Positions 1-13,500 of a DNA stretch of 64,000 nucleotides are shown in pieces. Under the pieces are notes generated by a model. That model ran no database searches and had not been told where the DNA came from. It saw only the letters and a program-made list of their open reading frames with translations. Location: assembly GCA_025594325.1 (NCBI GenBank), contig JANHCV010000001.1, positions 620,001-684,000 of the forward strand, written 5' to 3'. This DNA comes from Blastocladiella emersonii ATCC 22665 (Eukaryota > Fungi > Blastocladiomycota). The position numbers and the translations under genes were made by a program. Position 1 is the stretch's first letter; the number at the start of each line of letters is the position of its first letter.

Positions 1-340
1 ACTTCATAGACAGTACGCTGAGAAGCGGGGTCAAGGTCATTGGAGCTCATGTCCATGTCGTGCTTTGAAAAGCGCAGCGGCCGACCGCGCAAAGTGGCAA
101 GGCTCGAACGGCGAATCCACACGAGAACAGATTTCGCCCACGGCACAAATTCGAGGACGTGGCTCGCACGGGCGACGCGTAACTTTTCACGGCACCCATG
201 CGAGCCATTTCAAAGGAAGGCACGGTGGAAGCGAAAACCGTCTTGGAGGAATGAGACAACGATGTCGATTGGAGAAAGCCATTTCACGGCTCCAGAATAG
301 TTGATCGATGAAGAGGCTTAGGCGTGAAACTCGTACATGG
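1..340 (-). pseudogene. Degenerate ankyrin-like repeat gene remnant (runs off window start)
   Basis: One minus frame reads ...VLEFVPWAKSVLVWIRRSSLATLRGRPLRFSKHDMDMSS... with in-frame stops at 318-320 and 210-212. GRPLRFSKHDMD resembles SGRPLKYNAAVLNEA in the ANK-like exon at 50826. Confidence 0.3.
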
Positions 341-980
341 TCCAGTGATTGAGAGTCGGCTCTGCAGCGAGTGATCACGAGTGCTTGGAAGTCGCGCTCC
401 TGAACCTCTCGAACTGGCTGCGCGTTGAGTAACAGCAGGCCCTTGTGAGATTGCCAGTATTCGGGCAGCAGAGTTGAAGGGCGTGCCAAAGCGCTCGTGG
501 CGGTGGTTCACCACGTCGGCCAGCAGCAAGTCCGTCAGCATTCCGTCGCTGGCGTTAAGCAAGTGCGCGAGATGTCTTGGGTTCGCAGCAAAGTCAAAAT
601 CAAGATCGGACAGCGTGCGAAAATTTGGCGCGTTCCAGGTGGCAACGGTGTCGCTGTCACGGTTTGGACATTGGGCGAGAAAAGCTGACTCGAGTGAAGC
701 ATCGCAGCGCCATGCGCTCCGAGCGAAGCGTGATCCATGGGTGCAAGAAGGTCATAGGATGCCGTTGCACCCAGTTAAATGCATGAGCTATCATTTCTAG
801 GAGCGGGTGGGGAGCCTGCTCGGGGAGACCGCGTCGACTCGAAGTGGGCGGCAACGCGCCGCTCGCGCGGGAGTCACTTGCACGCCGAAATGACCAACGC
901 GTCTGTCCGCTCACCTCAACCGGGCTCCTGATAGTTGAAAACGGCTGTTATCTATTACTGTGCACACGGCACCTTCACCA

Positions 981-3900
981 TCACCCGTCCGACCCAAACA
1001 CGCCCGCGAGCGCGCGCAGCACCTCGTCGAGCGGGACCGTGACGTTGCGGTGGGCGAGTTCGGGGACCACGTCCTTCTTGAGCAGCCACTCGAGCGGCGG
1101 CGTGGCCTCGCCCATCATCTTGAGCCGCGGCGCGAGGACCGCGGGCTCGACGGGGACAAATGTCCACGGCGACGCCGTGTCGCCGTCGTCGCCCGTCGCA
1201 ATCACCTGCAGCGTCTTGCGCGTGCGCGCGATCTCGCTCTCGTACAGCGCCAGCACGTCCTGCAGGTTGCGGTACAGGATCATGTTGAGGGCGAGGTCGA
1301 TGAGCCCGTCGAACTGCGTCACGAACACGTGCCGCACCGTCCAGTCGGCGGACGTCGTCCACGTCGACATGGTCAGGTCCGACTTTGGCACCTGCGCGAT
1401 CAGCTTGGTCGTACGCGCGCTCGACGCGGTTGTCGAAGTGGCAACGCCTGGCGCAGCGGCGCCACTTGGTGGTGCAGTCACTGCGCCAGTCCCGGGTGTC
1501 GCGACAGTCCCACGCGCACGCGCGACCCACGCCTGGACCGAGTCGGGCGTCCACCCCGCCGCCGCGTTTCCCTCGGCGGCGGCGAGCGTCACCTTGGTCA
1601 GCTTGAGCTTGTCGAGGTGCGCCTTGAGCACGCGCGGCGTCGGGTTGCCTGCGTTGACCGTGAGGTGCACAAGCGTGCGGTCGAGCGACGCGACCATATG
1701 GTCGGCGTCGAGCAGCGACTCGCCGTAGACGTGGACCGACGCGTAGCCCAGCAGGAACGTGATGTGCCCGCTGAATTCTGAGTTGGTGGTTGAGGGTGGC
1801 GGCTGGTGGACGACGAGGTGCGGCGGGCGCGGTAGACTCCCACTTGTATCGGCGGCAGGAACATCAGGAAGCACGCCGAGCGAGAGCCCGAGCACGTCGC
1901 GCACGCGGTGCTGGATGTTGAGGAACGCCGGGACCGTGCGCGCGGACGTGAGCAGGGTCACGTCGCCAACGCGCACATCGAGGCCGACCGAGGACCCCGC
2001 GACCGCGCGCGCGACGAGGAGCGCGCCGATCGTGCTCACGTTGAGGACCAGGACGACCGCCGTCTGGTACTGCAGCGTGCCGGCGATCCGGTCCAGCCCG
2101 GCCTCGACGACCGTGCGCGACGGCTGCACCTGCGCCGTGGCGTGGATCGCGACCGCGTCGAACCGCGCCTGCACGCGGCCCGTCACGACGACGCTGGCGG
2201 ACGTCGACACATGGATCGTGTTCCGCTCCGCGTGCACGAACACGTCGGGGATGGTGACGGTCGCGACGCCGATCGCCTGGCCCATCTGGACCGTCGCGCG
2301 GACCGCGCCGATTTTGACCAGCGTGTGCGGAAGGTCGAGGCGTGCGGGCTTCGCGGCGCCGCCGGCGGTGGTTGTCGGCGACGACGGAACCCACCCTCCC
2401 GCACCCTCGCGCGAGACAGCCGACGACCCGGTATTCGCGCAGCTCCCGCGCGGGGCAAACTCGGTCCACTCGTCGACCCAGACCGCCATGTCGGCGAAAT
2501 GCCGCAGGACGACGTTGACGGCGAGCTCAGGAAGCTCGCACACCATGCCCGAGCGCGGGTTGTATGCGACGGTGAGGTCGACAGCGCTCGCCGTCAGGCA
2601 GTCGTCGGTCGCGAACGGGTGGTGGATGGCGACGGCGCAGTTGGACACGTGCAGCGCGGCCTCGGTGCGCGCCGGATCGAAGAAGGCGGTCGCGGCGAAC
2701 TGGACCTGTCCGACGCACTTGGACACCTTGCCCTTGAGGTCAATAATCGTCGGCTCGATGACGACGAGGACGCGGAACGGGAACGGCGCCGCAGCGGCAG
2801 TCGCGGGCCGCGGCGATGGGAGCGCGGCCGCTGCCGCGAGAACGGGCGAGGATGGCGCAGACTGGAACGTGGAGCGGGGCGACGACGGCGACGTGGGAGC
2901 CGGTGCGCGCGGCGGCCGCGGCGACTCGAGCAGCGACCGCACGAGGTTGATGACGGACGGGAGCAGCGTGTTCCGCGTCTCGGCGACGTGCACCCACATG
3001 AGCCCGTCGCGCAGCTGCACCATGATCCACGGCAGCGCGATGACCGAGTCGATGAGCGTGCCCTTGCCGCCCTGCAGCGTGAAGTCGACGGTGAGCCCGA
3101 GCAACGAGTCGGCGGGCGCGGCTGCGGGCTGCGCCGCCGCCGCCACCGGTTCCGCGGCAACAGGACTCGGCGGTGCGATCAGCGAGTCGGCAAGGACCTG
3201 CGCCGCGAGAATGACGTTGGTCGACTCGTCGATGATGCGGAAGATGCTCGGGAGCAGGTGCGACTGGATCGTGAGCTGCGTCGGGCGCACCGTGCACTCC
3301 CAGCGCGATCCGCGATTAACGAGGACGACCTCGGGGAACGCGATCGTCGACCCGTCAATCGACAGCTTCATGTCATGGACGACGGCCACGTACTGCGTGC
3401 CGTTCTGGTTGCGCGCGAACGCGGCCTCGCGCAGGACAAATTCGGTCGAGTGCCGCGCGTCGACGAGCAGGTGGCACGTCACGCCCTCGAGAATCAGGTC
3501 AAAGTCCTTGACGACGGCGGGGGCGGCCTCGGCCTCGGTTTCCGCCGCCACCGCAGCAGAAGCAGCATCGGGCGTCGGCGACGCGGCCGTGGACCGCAGG
3601 TCGAGCGAGTCGATCACCTTCTGCGTCGTTGCCGTAAGCTTACCGAGCTCGGCCTGCTTGGCCTTGCGGCGCGCCTTAGCCTCGGCCGTGATATACGCGA
3701 CGAGGTCGACGAGCTGGAGCATGGCCTTGGGCTGGACCATCATGTCGAGGCGGTGGACGACGACGCGCATGGCGGCGGCCGACGAGACGGAGAGCCCGAA
3801 CCGGAGGTGCGAGAGGACCGCGTTGGCCGTGGACAGGAACGCGAGGCTGAACTGGTCCGAGTGGAACGTCCAGATCTCGCTTGCCTTGGACCCGGTGATG

Positions 3901-6900
3901 CGGCCCGAGTGCACGTGCAGGTTGCCGCGCTCCGTGACCATGAGCAGCGAGACGCCGTCGCACGCGACGCTGACGCGCATGTCGCTGCCCGCCGCCGCCG
4001 CCGCGGGGCCCGTGACGGCCGCAGGCTTCCCGCCCGCGAGCTTGCTGAACTCGGGCGAGAGGTACAGGAGCAGCTCGAGGACATCGTCGATCTCGCGGCC
4101 GAGGAGCGAGAGCGACGTCTCGATGGGCTCGAGCGTCGACGACGACACGGTGCCCTCGACGCGGCCGACGAGCACGTGCATGGCGCCGCCGTGCGTGTCG
4201 ATCTGCAGCGTCGGGAGCGTCACGAAGAAGGAGGCGGGCTGGCCGACGTACTGGAACCCGAGCTGGTTGCGGCTCACGTCGACCATCCAGCCCGCGGGGC
4301 CGAGCGAGACGGCGACGCTGGTCTTGGAGTGCACCGAGAGCGACGGGAGCGCGCCGAGCGAAATGGCGACGCTGGGCGCGAGGATCTGGATCTCGCCAAG
4401 GAGGCCCGGGCCCGGCGCCGATGCAGCCGCGCCATTCCCGCCGCCGATCCCGAGTGCGGACAGCGACACGTAGTTCTTCCACTCGTCGACGAACGCGTAG
4501 AACTGGATAATGTTCTGCGGGAGGTCGACCTCAAGCTCGCCGATGCGCGCGACGTGGCCGATGCGCGAGATGCCGGTACACTGGCGGAGGTTGAGGACCG
4601 CGAGCGGCGTGGTGGTGCTGACGGCGAGCCGCGCCGACGCTAGCATCCAGCTCCACGACTCGTGGCGCTCGCGCTGGTTGGGTCCCGTCGACGTCGAGTG
4701 TGGCCCGCCGCCGCCCGCGTGGCCCGAAAGCTGCAGCGCCATGCAGGTGACCCACGACGCGGTGATTTCCGAGAGCACGAGGCTGGCCGAGATCTTGGCC
4801 GACGCAAACGCCAGCGTGATGGTGCCGAAACTCACGACGACGTGGCGGTCCGTGAACGGGAACCGCGAGCGCGCGCTGGGCTGCTTGGCCGAGGCCGCCG
4901 CAGGCGCGGCCGGCGTGGCGGTAGTAGGGGATGTCGCGGTCGCCTGCTCGATAAACGTCTTCGCTAGCGCCAGGGCACTCGGCTTGAGCGCGACCGCGAG
5001 CGAGTCGGTGTGGAGGACGATCTGCTCGCCGGCGCGCGACGAGAGGTGGATCCCGTGGACCGCGAGCGTGTTATCCTCGACGGCCAGCAAAACATTGGAG
5101 CAGTTGAGCGTGACGAGTTTCTGGAGCTTCCCCGCGGCGACATCGAGGAACGACGTGCTCGCGCCGGCGCCCTCGGCCGCCCACACGAACCGGAACGCGT
5201 CGGCCATCTTCACCGGATCCATCTTCCACGCGCGCAGGAGCGCGGGAACCTGGGCCGCCGCGAACCCCGCAGGTCTACCGGCGCGCAGCTCGGCGGCGAG
5301 CGCCGCGTGCGCCGCGGGCCCGCGCATGTACGCGCGGAAGTGGCACAGGAGCCGCCACGTCTGCGCCTGCTGGTGGGTGCGGGCGCCGAGGCGCCACAGG
5401 TTGGACGGCTGCGCGAGGAACGCCGGGTCGCGCATCGCGGGCGGCGCGGCGGCCGCCATGAGGGCGAGGAAGGATTCGGCGGCGGGCGGCGAGTCGAGAT
5501 CGGGCACCGTCCACGCCTCGAGGGCGAGCGGGAGCAGCTCGGGTTTCGCCACCTTGAGATCGATTGTCGAGCAGTCGCCGCGGATCCGCTCGCTCCCGTC
5601 GAATACGATGCGGTCGATGTGGAACGTCATGACGGGGTCCGCGGTCGCCACACTCGCCGCGCCCGCGCGCGCGGTGCCCGTCGACCCGGGGGAGCCGGAC
5701 GACGGCGGCGACGCGGACGCGAGCGGGTTGCCCGGGTGCAGGTCGGCGGCGAAATCGAGCCCGGAGATTTGCAGCTGGATCCAGTCAGGCCCGAGGGCGC
5801 CCTCGACGGACCGCAGGTGCGCGCGGGTCTTGAGCAGGTCCTGCGTCGGGAGGTCCTGGACGACGACGAGGGTGACGGCGCTGAGGGCGATCCCGATGGT
5901 CACCGAGCTCGGCGCGGGCGCGGGCGCCGCGGCGCGGTTCATGGCGGCAATGTACGAGAGGTACAGCGAGTCGTACATGGAGTCGACGGTCGGGAACGTG
6001 GCGGCGAAGGCGGTCGACCGCGCGAGCGACGCGGGCGTCACGACCACGTCCATGGACCCGTGGCACTCGACGAACAGCACGCGGTCGTTGTCGGCGAGGT
6101 ACGACTCGAGCAGCGCGAGCAGCGCGTGCGGCGCGTGGACGCCCGATTTCGCCGCGGCCGCTGCCGCCGCCTCGTCCTCGGACTGCTCGGTGAGCGTGTC
6201 CGCCATAAGCACCGCGTCCGCATCATAGATGCGCAAGAAGTGGCGGTACGGCACGACGACCGCGTCGCCGCCCGAAACGGGGAACCGGACGTGCCCCGCG
6301 GCCGCTGCGGCAGCCCCGCCACCCGCGCTGCCGAAGCGGTGCTGGCTCGACGTCTGCGTCGACGACCGCTGGCGGACCGAGTCGAAATCGGGCGCCGTGG
6401 CAAACGAGTAGACGGACGTGGACGACGCCGAGTCGGGTTGGCTGACGCTGTGCGCGTGGCCCACGCCATCGCCGGTACTGAGCCGCGAGAGCCGGCTGTG
6501 CGGCGACGTGGACCCGAGCGGTGCGCCGGGCCGCGCGGAGGCCGGGCTCGGCATCATGGGGTCGACCTGGTCGTCCTCCTCGTCGTCGTACACGATGGCC
6601 GAGACGGCGTCGCCGTCGTAGCTGCTCTCCTCCCCATCCTCCTCGTCGTACGCGTCCGTCACATCCTGCTGCTGCCTCGGCGCCGCCGCGCTGGACGCTG
6701 GCGGCGCCCCCGCGTGCTCGTTGAGGTCGTACAGGTTGTAGTCGGACGCGGAGAACGGCATACCGGGCGCGGACGGCTGCGACGCCATGAGCGACGAGAA
6801 CATGGGCGGGGCGAACCAGGCGGGCGGCGACTCGGGGAGCGGGGTCCCGAACAGGTGGCTGACGCGGCCGGTCGGCGCGTCGTGCTTGCGGACGTGCGCG

Positions 6901-9900
6901 AGCCGGTGCTGGCGCGCCTTGGCCGAGTCGCCCGGCCGCGACCGCAGGTGCGCGCTGAGCATGCGCGACCGGACGCTGGCGATCTCGAGCGCGTCGTCAC
7001 CCCCACTTGCCGCGGTGGACAGCGAGTGTACGATGGCGAGGGCGTCGAGCGTGCACAGCAGCGTCGAGTCAGCGCCGAGATCCTCGACACCTGCCCGCAA
7101 CGCGTGCGCGGCGAGGTGCAGGACGTTTCCCTCGTCGCACACGACGCGCACGTCGAGGTCCTGGACATCCGCGGCGATCTGCGCGAGCGACGTTAACTTG
7201 GCCTCGGGCGGCGCGATGCGGTTGTCAAAGTCGTCGATGAGCGCGTCGAAGCACTTGGCAAAGGCGGCGAGCCCGTGGAGCGACTCGAGCGAGATGGACC
7301 CGGCGACGCGGTCGACGTCCACGCGCCACGAGACGGCGTACTCGGGGTTATCGGGCGGGAGCCCGAACAGGCGGTGGCCGTGGATCGCGATGGCGTGCAG
7401 GGCGAGGTTGTCAGCGGGGCACGCGCGGGCGCCGGTCCACGACACGGGCCACAGGTCGACCTGGATGTCCTGGAAGTGCGGCGTGATGCGGGTATCAACC
7501 GTGACCTGGTGCGTGAACAGCGCCGAGTGCGCGTCGAGCGCGTACAGGGTCTCGGGGAGGACCAGCTTGATGTCCGTCAGCACCGCCGTGATCATGGTAT
7601 CCTGCGGCGCCGACGGCGGCGCGCCCGGGACGGCCGTGGACGCGGGCGCGCGGCCGCGCGACTTGTACTCCTCGAGCGTCATGTAGTCGGGCGTGAGCCC
7701 GATGTAGTTGTCGATGAGGATGATCAGGTACCGGACGAGGAACCCGAACGCGTGGATGGTACCGGGCCCCGCCGTGATGTCCATTTCGAGCACGTCGGGC
7801 GACGCGTCGCTCGCGGGCGCCGTCGAGTTGTACGTGTAGGACCCGCGGATCCCGACCGACCGCGTCTGCAAGGCGCGCCGCGCGTCGGGCGACAGGAACG
7901 CGCCGAACGTGGTGCTCGCCGAGAACGAGAAGTCGGCCGTCGCGTCCATGAGCTCGACGTTGAACCCGACGGGGACCGTCGGCGCCATGAACTCGACGAG
8001 CGGAATGTCGATCCCCGCCGTGAGCTTGTCGGTGCGGACCACGAGGAAATTGTTCTGCTCGAGGTCGTTGGGCACGTCGATCACGTTGAGCTCGTTGATG
8101 CACAGGTACAGCACGAGGTCGCGGAACGCGAGGTCGAACCGGTACCGGAACGGCGTAAAGGCGGCGAGCGGCGGGACCGTTTTTGGCGCGAGCGGGTCGT
8201 CGGACGCCCAGTCGCCGATCAGGTCCTGGACCAGGTTGATGTGGTCGCGCAGGAGGAACGCGGTCGTCGACACGACATTCGCCCCAATCGTCCATGTGCG
8301 CTCCGCGTTCCACGTCTCCGGCGATGGCATCGCGGCGGTGATCTCGATGCGCTCACATCGTAGCATCTCGGCGTAGTTGACGCTCGACGAGACGGACGGC
8401 GCGTGCAGCGTGACATGCGCCGTGGTCGTGTACCCGACGCCGGGGCGCGCGATCATGGGAACAATGACCATGGCGGACGCGCCGCCCTCGACCTTGATAT
8501 CGAGCCACCCGTACGGCCGGCCCGAACCCGTGACGCCCGCCGCGGCAGCCGCAGCGGCCGCGTCGCCGCCGTGCGTGCTCGCGTAGGTCGCGTCCTTGGA
8601 CGCCTCGCGCGTGGGCACGCGCCAGGTGGTCGGGCCCTTAAACTTGACAAACACCTTGAGCGCCGTGTGCAGGCGCAGGTCGCCGGGCGAGAGCCGGTGC
8701 GTGACCTCGGTGTCGCGGTAGATGAACGGGAAGAAGAAGTTTTGCAGCCGCGCGCGCTGGCGGTCGGTCCAGGGCCCGTAGTGCACGGTGGCGCCCTGGA
8801 ACACGAGGTCGACGCCCCATTCCGGGTCGAGGTCGCCGTTTCCGATATCGTCGGCGGCACTGCCGCCACCGCCACTGCGTGGCGCGGTCGGGTCGCAGAT
8901 TCCCGCCGTGTCCGTGTAGTAAGAGAGGAGCAGCTCCGAGAAATCGACGACGTTGGTGACCTGCGCGTACTCGTCGGCGGCCACGGCCTCGGCCTTGCCC
9001 GCGGCGGGCTGGTACCGGTGCAGGCCGTGCCACTCGGTCTGGGCGGGTGGCGGGCGGGTCCAGCGGCCGAGGAAGAAGCTGCGCAGTTTGGCACGGAGCG
9101 AGCGGTACGCTGGCCGACTCGAGAGCCGGTTGCTACGCGGTGTGATCGTTAGTGACGGGAACGTGAGGATTGCATTGTGAGTGAGCGTACAGGTGCGACT
9201 CGCTCTGGAACGTGACACCCTGCGCAGTGAGCGACGGCGGGCGGTAGTCGACGTTGGCGCGCATCTGCATGTGGCCGCGCGAGAAGGCGAGCTGGACCAC
9301 CGACTTGTACTGGTCGAGCGGTGACCTTGACTGCGGGAGCGCGTCAGCATTCGGCCGCGATGACACCAATGAAGAAAACGTACAGGAACAATGGCGTAGC
9401 TTCCGTTGGCCTTTTTCCAGTCGAGGACGAGGACGGTCGGGAGCTGCGGGTTGCCGACGACGATGCAGCCCTTGCCCGAGACGATCTCGATGGGGAAGAG
9501 CTGGCGGAACCACGAGTCGGCGGGTGGTGGTGGCCGCGCGGCGGTCGGCGCGGTCTTGCCGTCGCCGAGGTCTGCGAATTCGCGTCAGCACACAGTCGAA
9601 TCACACCGAAAGCGGAAACCAAAGCGAGCGTACTCAGTGGGTCCTGCGACGAGAGGTGTATGCTTTGCGAGCTGGCGCGCGAGAGCGGGCGGTCCGCGGT
9701 CGACTTGCGCAGCTGCTCCTCGATCCAGTCAAAGACCGGGGTGCGGTTGTACATGATCCACTCGACGCCCTTGAGGCGGACGCCGATGCGGCAGACCTTC
9801 TGATCCGCCGATGAAGCCGATCCCGATGCGGGAGGCGCCGGCGCGGCGGTACCCGAGGCAGCAACCACGTCGCGCTCCTCGCGCACGACGAGCGACCAGT

Positions 9901-10213
9901 AGCGGAAGGTGATGTGGCCCTGCAGGATGCATATGGACTGGTTCTCGGCGTGGTAGCGCAGGTTGCGGAACGAGAGGCGGCCGCCGAGGATGGCGAGCTT
10001 GACGGACTCGACCTCGACGTGGGCGCGGTAGTTGCGCCAGGTCCAGTAGGAGGCGAACCACGACAGCACGCTGGCGACGAGCCGGTTGAAGTAGAAGAGG
10101 AAGAAGAGCATGACCACGACGACGACGAGGCAGTAGACGAAGAAGGTCCAGATCTGCAGCTCGGACGACAGGTCCTGCGTCGGGTCGACGATGACCGAGG
10201 GCGTGACGGCCAT
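981..10213 (-). CDS. CSF1: Csf1/BLTP1-type bridge-like lipid transfer protein, ~3000 aa, 3 introns near the 5' end (~9.1-9.65 kb)
   Basis: N-terminal TM anchor (VYCLVVVVVMLFFLFYFNRLVA) then LLGGR-like LAILGGRLSFRNLRY, GHITFRYW, GNPQLPT, SPLDQYK, EWHGLHRY, YYTD, YGPWTDRQR; C-terminus LAPRLKMMGEATPPLEW. Joins ORFs 9344..10213 and 981..9350 through GTACG...AG introns. Confidence 0.92.
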
Positions 10214-10599
10214 GGTGGCGGGGAGTGGTGGATCAGCCGAAACGGCGCGTTAGGTCGGCAGCGCGGCGGCGTGGGTGGGAGGGGCGGGTCGCGGGTATCG
10301 TTGCATCAAGTGTCTAGCGTCGATTCATGGGCGCGGGCGCATCGGGGCGCGAGGAAGGGCGGGAGGAAGGGGGAGAGACAGAGATAGCGGGGTGGCGCAT
10401 CTGCAGGCGCGGCGCGCGCATCACGTTGCGTCTGCGCCACGCCGGGTTCGCGTCGCTCGTCCACGTCGCGCGCGTTTCGCCATCCGCGCTCTCTCCATCC
10501 CCAACCGGCCCGCCAGCGGCCGCCCATGTAACAACAGTACCACCTACAGCAAGCTCTACACGCCACGCACCATATCATACCCGCCCGCTCCGCCGTACC

Positions 10600-13500
10600 A
10601 TGTGGGGCTTCCCTGGTGCGTGCCCCGCTCGCCCGCCCGCAGATGACGCTCGCTCACCCACCTCCCCCGCAACGCCACAGCCTTTGCCCTGCCCGCCAAC
10701 CTGCAGAAGCGGCTCGTCAAGTTCCTCCTGAAGCGCGCGCTCGGCCAGTTTCTGCGCGATGACATCAACCTCGACCAGCTCGACGTGTCGCTCGGCGCCA
10801 CGGGCACGCTGGCGCTGCGCGACCTGGCCCTCGACGTCGACCAGCTCAACGCCGCGGTCCTTGCCGCCGCCCCGCTCGCCGCCGTCTCGGGCACCGTCGC
10901 GTCCATCCACGTCGCCGTCCCCTGGACGAACCTGTCCGACGCCAGCTGCGAGATCCACGTCTCGGGCATCCACCTGCAGCTGACCCCGCGCGCCAACCTC
11001 GGCCAGTTCTCGGGGTCTCGGACTGGCGACCCGACCGCGTCCTACCTCGCCGAAATGACCAACTCGGTCTACATCGCCAACGAGTTCCTCCAGCGCCAGG
11101 GCGGCCGCATGCACGCCGCGCACTCGCCCGACGAGGACGCCCCGCCTCCTTCACCCGCCGCCGCCTCGCCCGACACGCCGACGGGGCTCGAGGGCGTGCA
11201 GCTCCTGTCGGGCATGATCGACCGCATCATGGCCAAGCTCAAGCTGCGCATCGTCAACACGGCCGTGTCCATCTTCATCGACGACGGTCCGCCGCTGCGG
11301 CTGTCGATCGGCGACATTGTCCTCGACGAGTCCTCGCCCACCTTCTTCGAGGCCACCAAGACCGCGATGCTGAGCTCGCTGCACGTCCTGCTCGGGCCGG
11401 ACCCGATCCTGTGGTGCGAGTCGCCCATCGTCATCAACTTCTCGCTCCCGACCCCCGGCCACGTCGTCGCCCGCGTCGACGTGCCCGAGCTCACCGGCGC
11501 GCTGTGGCCGCAGGACCTTCGCGCGCTCGCCCGCTTCGCGCCCATTTTCGAGGCCGCGGGCGCGTCCCGTCGACACCGGTCCCCCGAGTCGGGATGGAGC
11601 ACGCCCTCGTCCGCATCCGCGACCCCGCTCACCAGCGACGACGACGACGAGTTCGCCGGCGTGCGGCTACCCGGGCGCGCGCCGGCCCCGCCGCCACAGC
11701 CCATCCGCGCTTCTGGGACAGACGCGCCCCGCTCGCCGCGCCAGTCCCGCGGCGAGGCCGCGTCCTCGCGACCGCCGTCGCGCGGCTCGCTCAACCAGCA
11801 GCACCGCTCCCAATCCCCGCCGACGTCCGCATCCGAGAGCGACTACGACAGCGACGGGTTCGCGTCGGCGGCGCCGTTCCAGTCGAGCCAAGCCAACACC
11901 GTCTTCTACTCGGCGATCCACGAGTCGGTGCTCATCGCGCCCAAGAAGCAGGACGGCCTGTCGCTCGTCGTCGGCCTCGTCAGCGTCCTCGTCGCCCTCG
12001 CCGACCCGCCGCTCGGTGTCGCGCGCGCCGACGCGGACGTGACGCTCGCCGCTGCCGGACCGCATCTCCGGTTCTCGGTCGAGTCGCTCGACGTCGAGGC
12101 GTCGGCTACGGGCGCAGACCTGGTCGCTAAGCTCGCCAATTTCTCTGTGGATGAGAGACGCGATGCGTCGGCCGCACCGCACGTCCGTCTCCTCCACGTC
12201 CCCTCGGCCACGCTGCACGCGAGGGAGAAAGTGGTCCGCGTCCCGACTGCCGCCATGTTCAGCGACCCGGGGCTCGCGGACCGCCTCGCGGTGCTGCAGG
12301 CCGCCGTCGCGTCCGCGAGCCCCGAGCCCGCCGCCGAGGACTGGGACGGCGATGCGTCCGTCGAGCAGCTCCCGCCGCCCCCACCACCACCTCGGCCGGC
12401 GTCCGCCAGTGGCGGTGGGATCGTGCTCGAAATCGAAGACCTGCACGTCACGGCGCAGGTCCAGGCGCTCCCAACCAACCCGGTCGCGCTGTACGAGGTG
12501 CAGCTGCGCCGCGTCCGCGTCGCGCCGGACCTGTCGGGCCACGTCGCGTCGCTCTCCGTCTCGCTCGGCACCAACCCGCCGCTCCTGAGCGCCGACGCGG
12601 GGCTCGACTTCCGCGTCGTCCCCGGCACCCCGCCGGGCCTGCCCGCGCACCTCGCCCCCGCGCGCGCCAAGCAGCACCTCGTCGTGACGGGCTCGCGGTT
12701 CCGCGTGACGCTGACGCGGGGCGATTTCTGTGCCATGATGGCGGCCGCTGCGTCGCCGTACGTGCCGCCGCCGACGGCGCCCGTCCCGCTCGCGGTCCGG
12801 TTCGATGTGGCGGGGTTCGAGCTCGGCGTGCCTGACCTGCGCCTCGGGTTGCATGTGCCGAAAGTCGAGCTCACGCTCGTCGGGACCGACTACGCGCTCA
12901 CCGCGGCGTGTTTCTCGGCGACGCAGGATGGGCGGACCGTGTTTGAGCACGGGATCGAGGACGCGGAGCCCGTCGTGATTTGTGGACGTGGGGCCGAGCA
13001 CAGTGTCCTGATCCGGCACGTCCACTACTGGCCCGACCCGCGCGACCAGGCGCTCGCCAAGGAGGCCGAGGAGTACTTTGCGGTTCCGGTACGCTCTCAC
13101 GGTCATTCGCTCATTTCTGCGTCGCTGACCTGCAGTCCTCGCAGCCCGTCGCCATCGACCCACCACCACCCGCGCCGACAACAAGGCTCACGGTCAAAGA
13201 CCTGCACGTCGTCGCGACCCCCTCGCCCACCTCGTGGGTGTGCCGCGGCGACATCGAATCGCTCGAGGCCGTGTGGCACCCCGGCGCCCTGTCCGCGACG
13301 ATGCACTCGGCCGCCGTCGTGATCAACGACCACCCGATTCTGGCCGTCGAGGGCCTGTACGTCTCGCTCGACTCGGAGCCCACGGTCGCGCCCGACGGCA
13401 ACCCGACGGGCCACGTCCTGCGCCGCCTCCTCGTCGACCGCCCGCAGATCACGGTCTCGCTCACGCCCGAGTCGGTCGCCACCGCGCTCGAGGTCGCTGA

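Noticed and set aside
798-825. CTAG next to a GAGC...GCTC hairpin as a Helitron end
   Set aside because: The hairpin abuts CTAG with no spacer and there is no supporting context.
960-8363. Long plus-strand ORFs opposite CSF1 (e.g. 1759..4473, 1908..4643, 5010..7196)
   Set aside because: Antisense or shifted-frame shadows of a GC3-biased gene; R/A/G-rich with no motifs.
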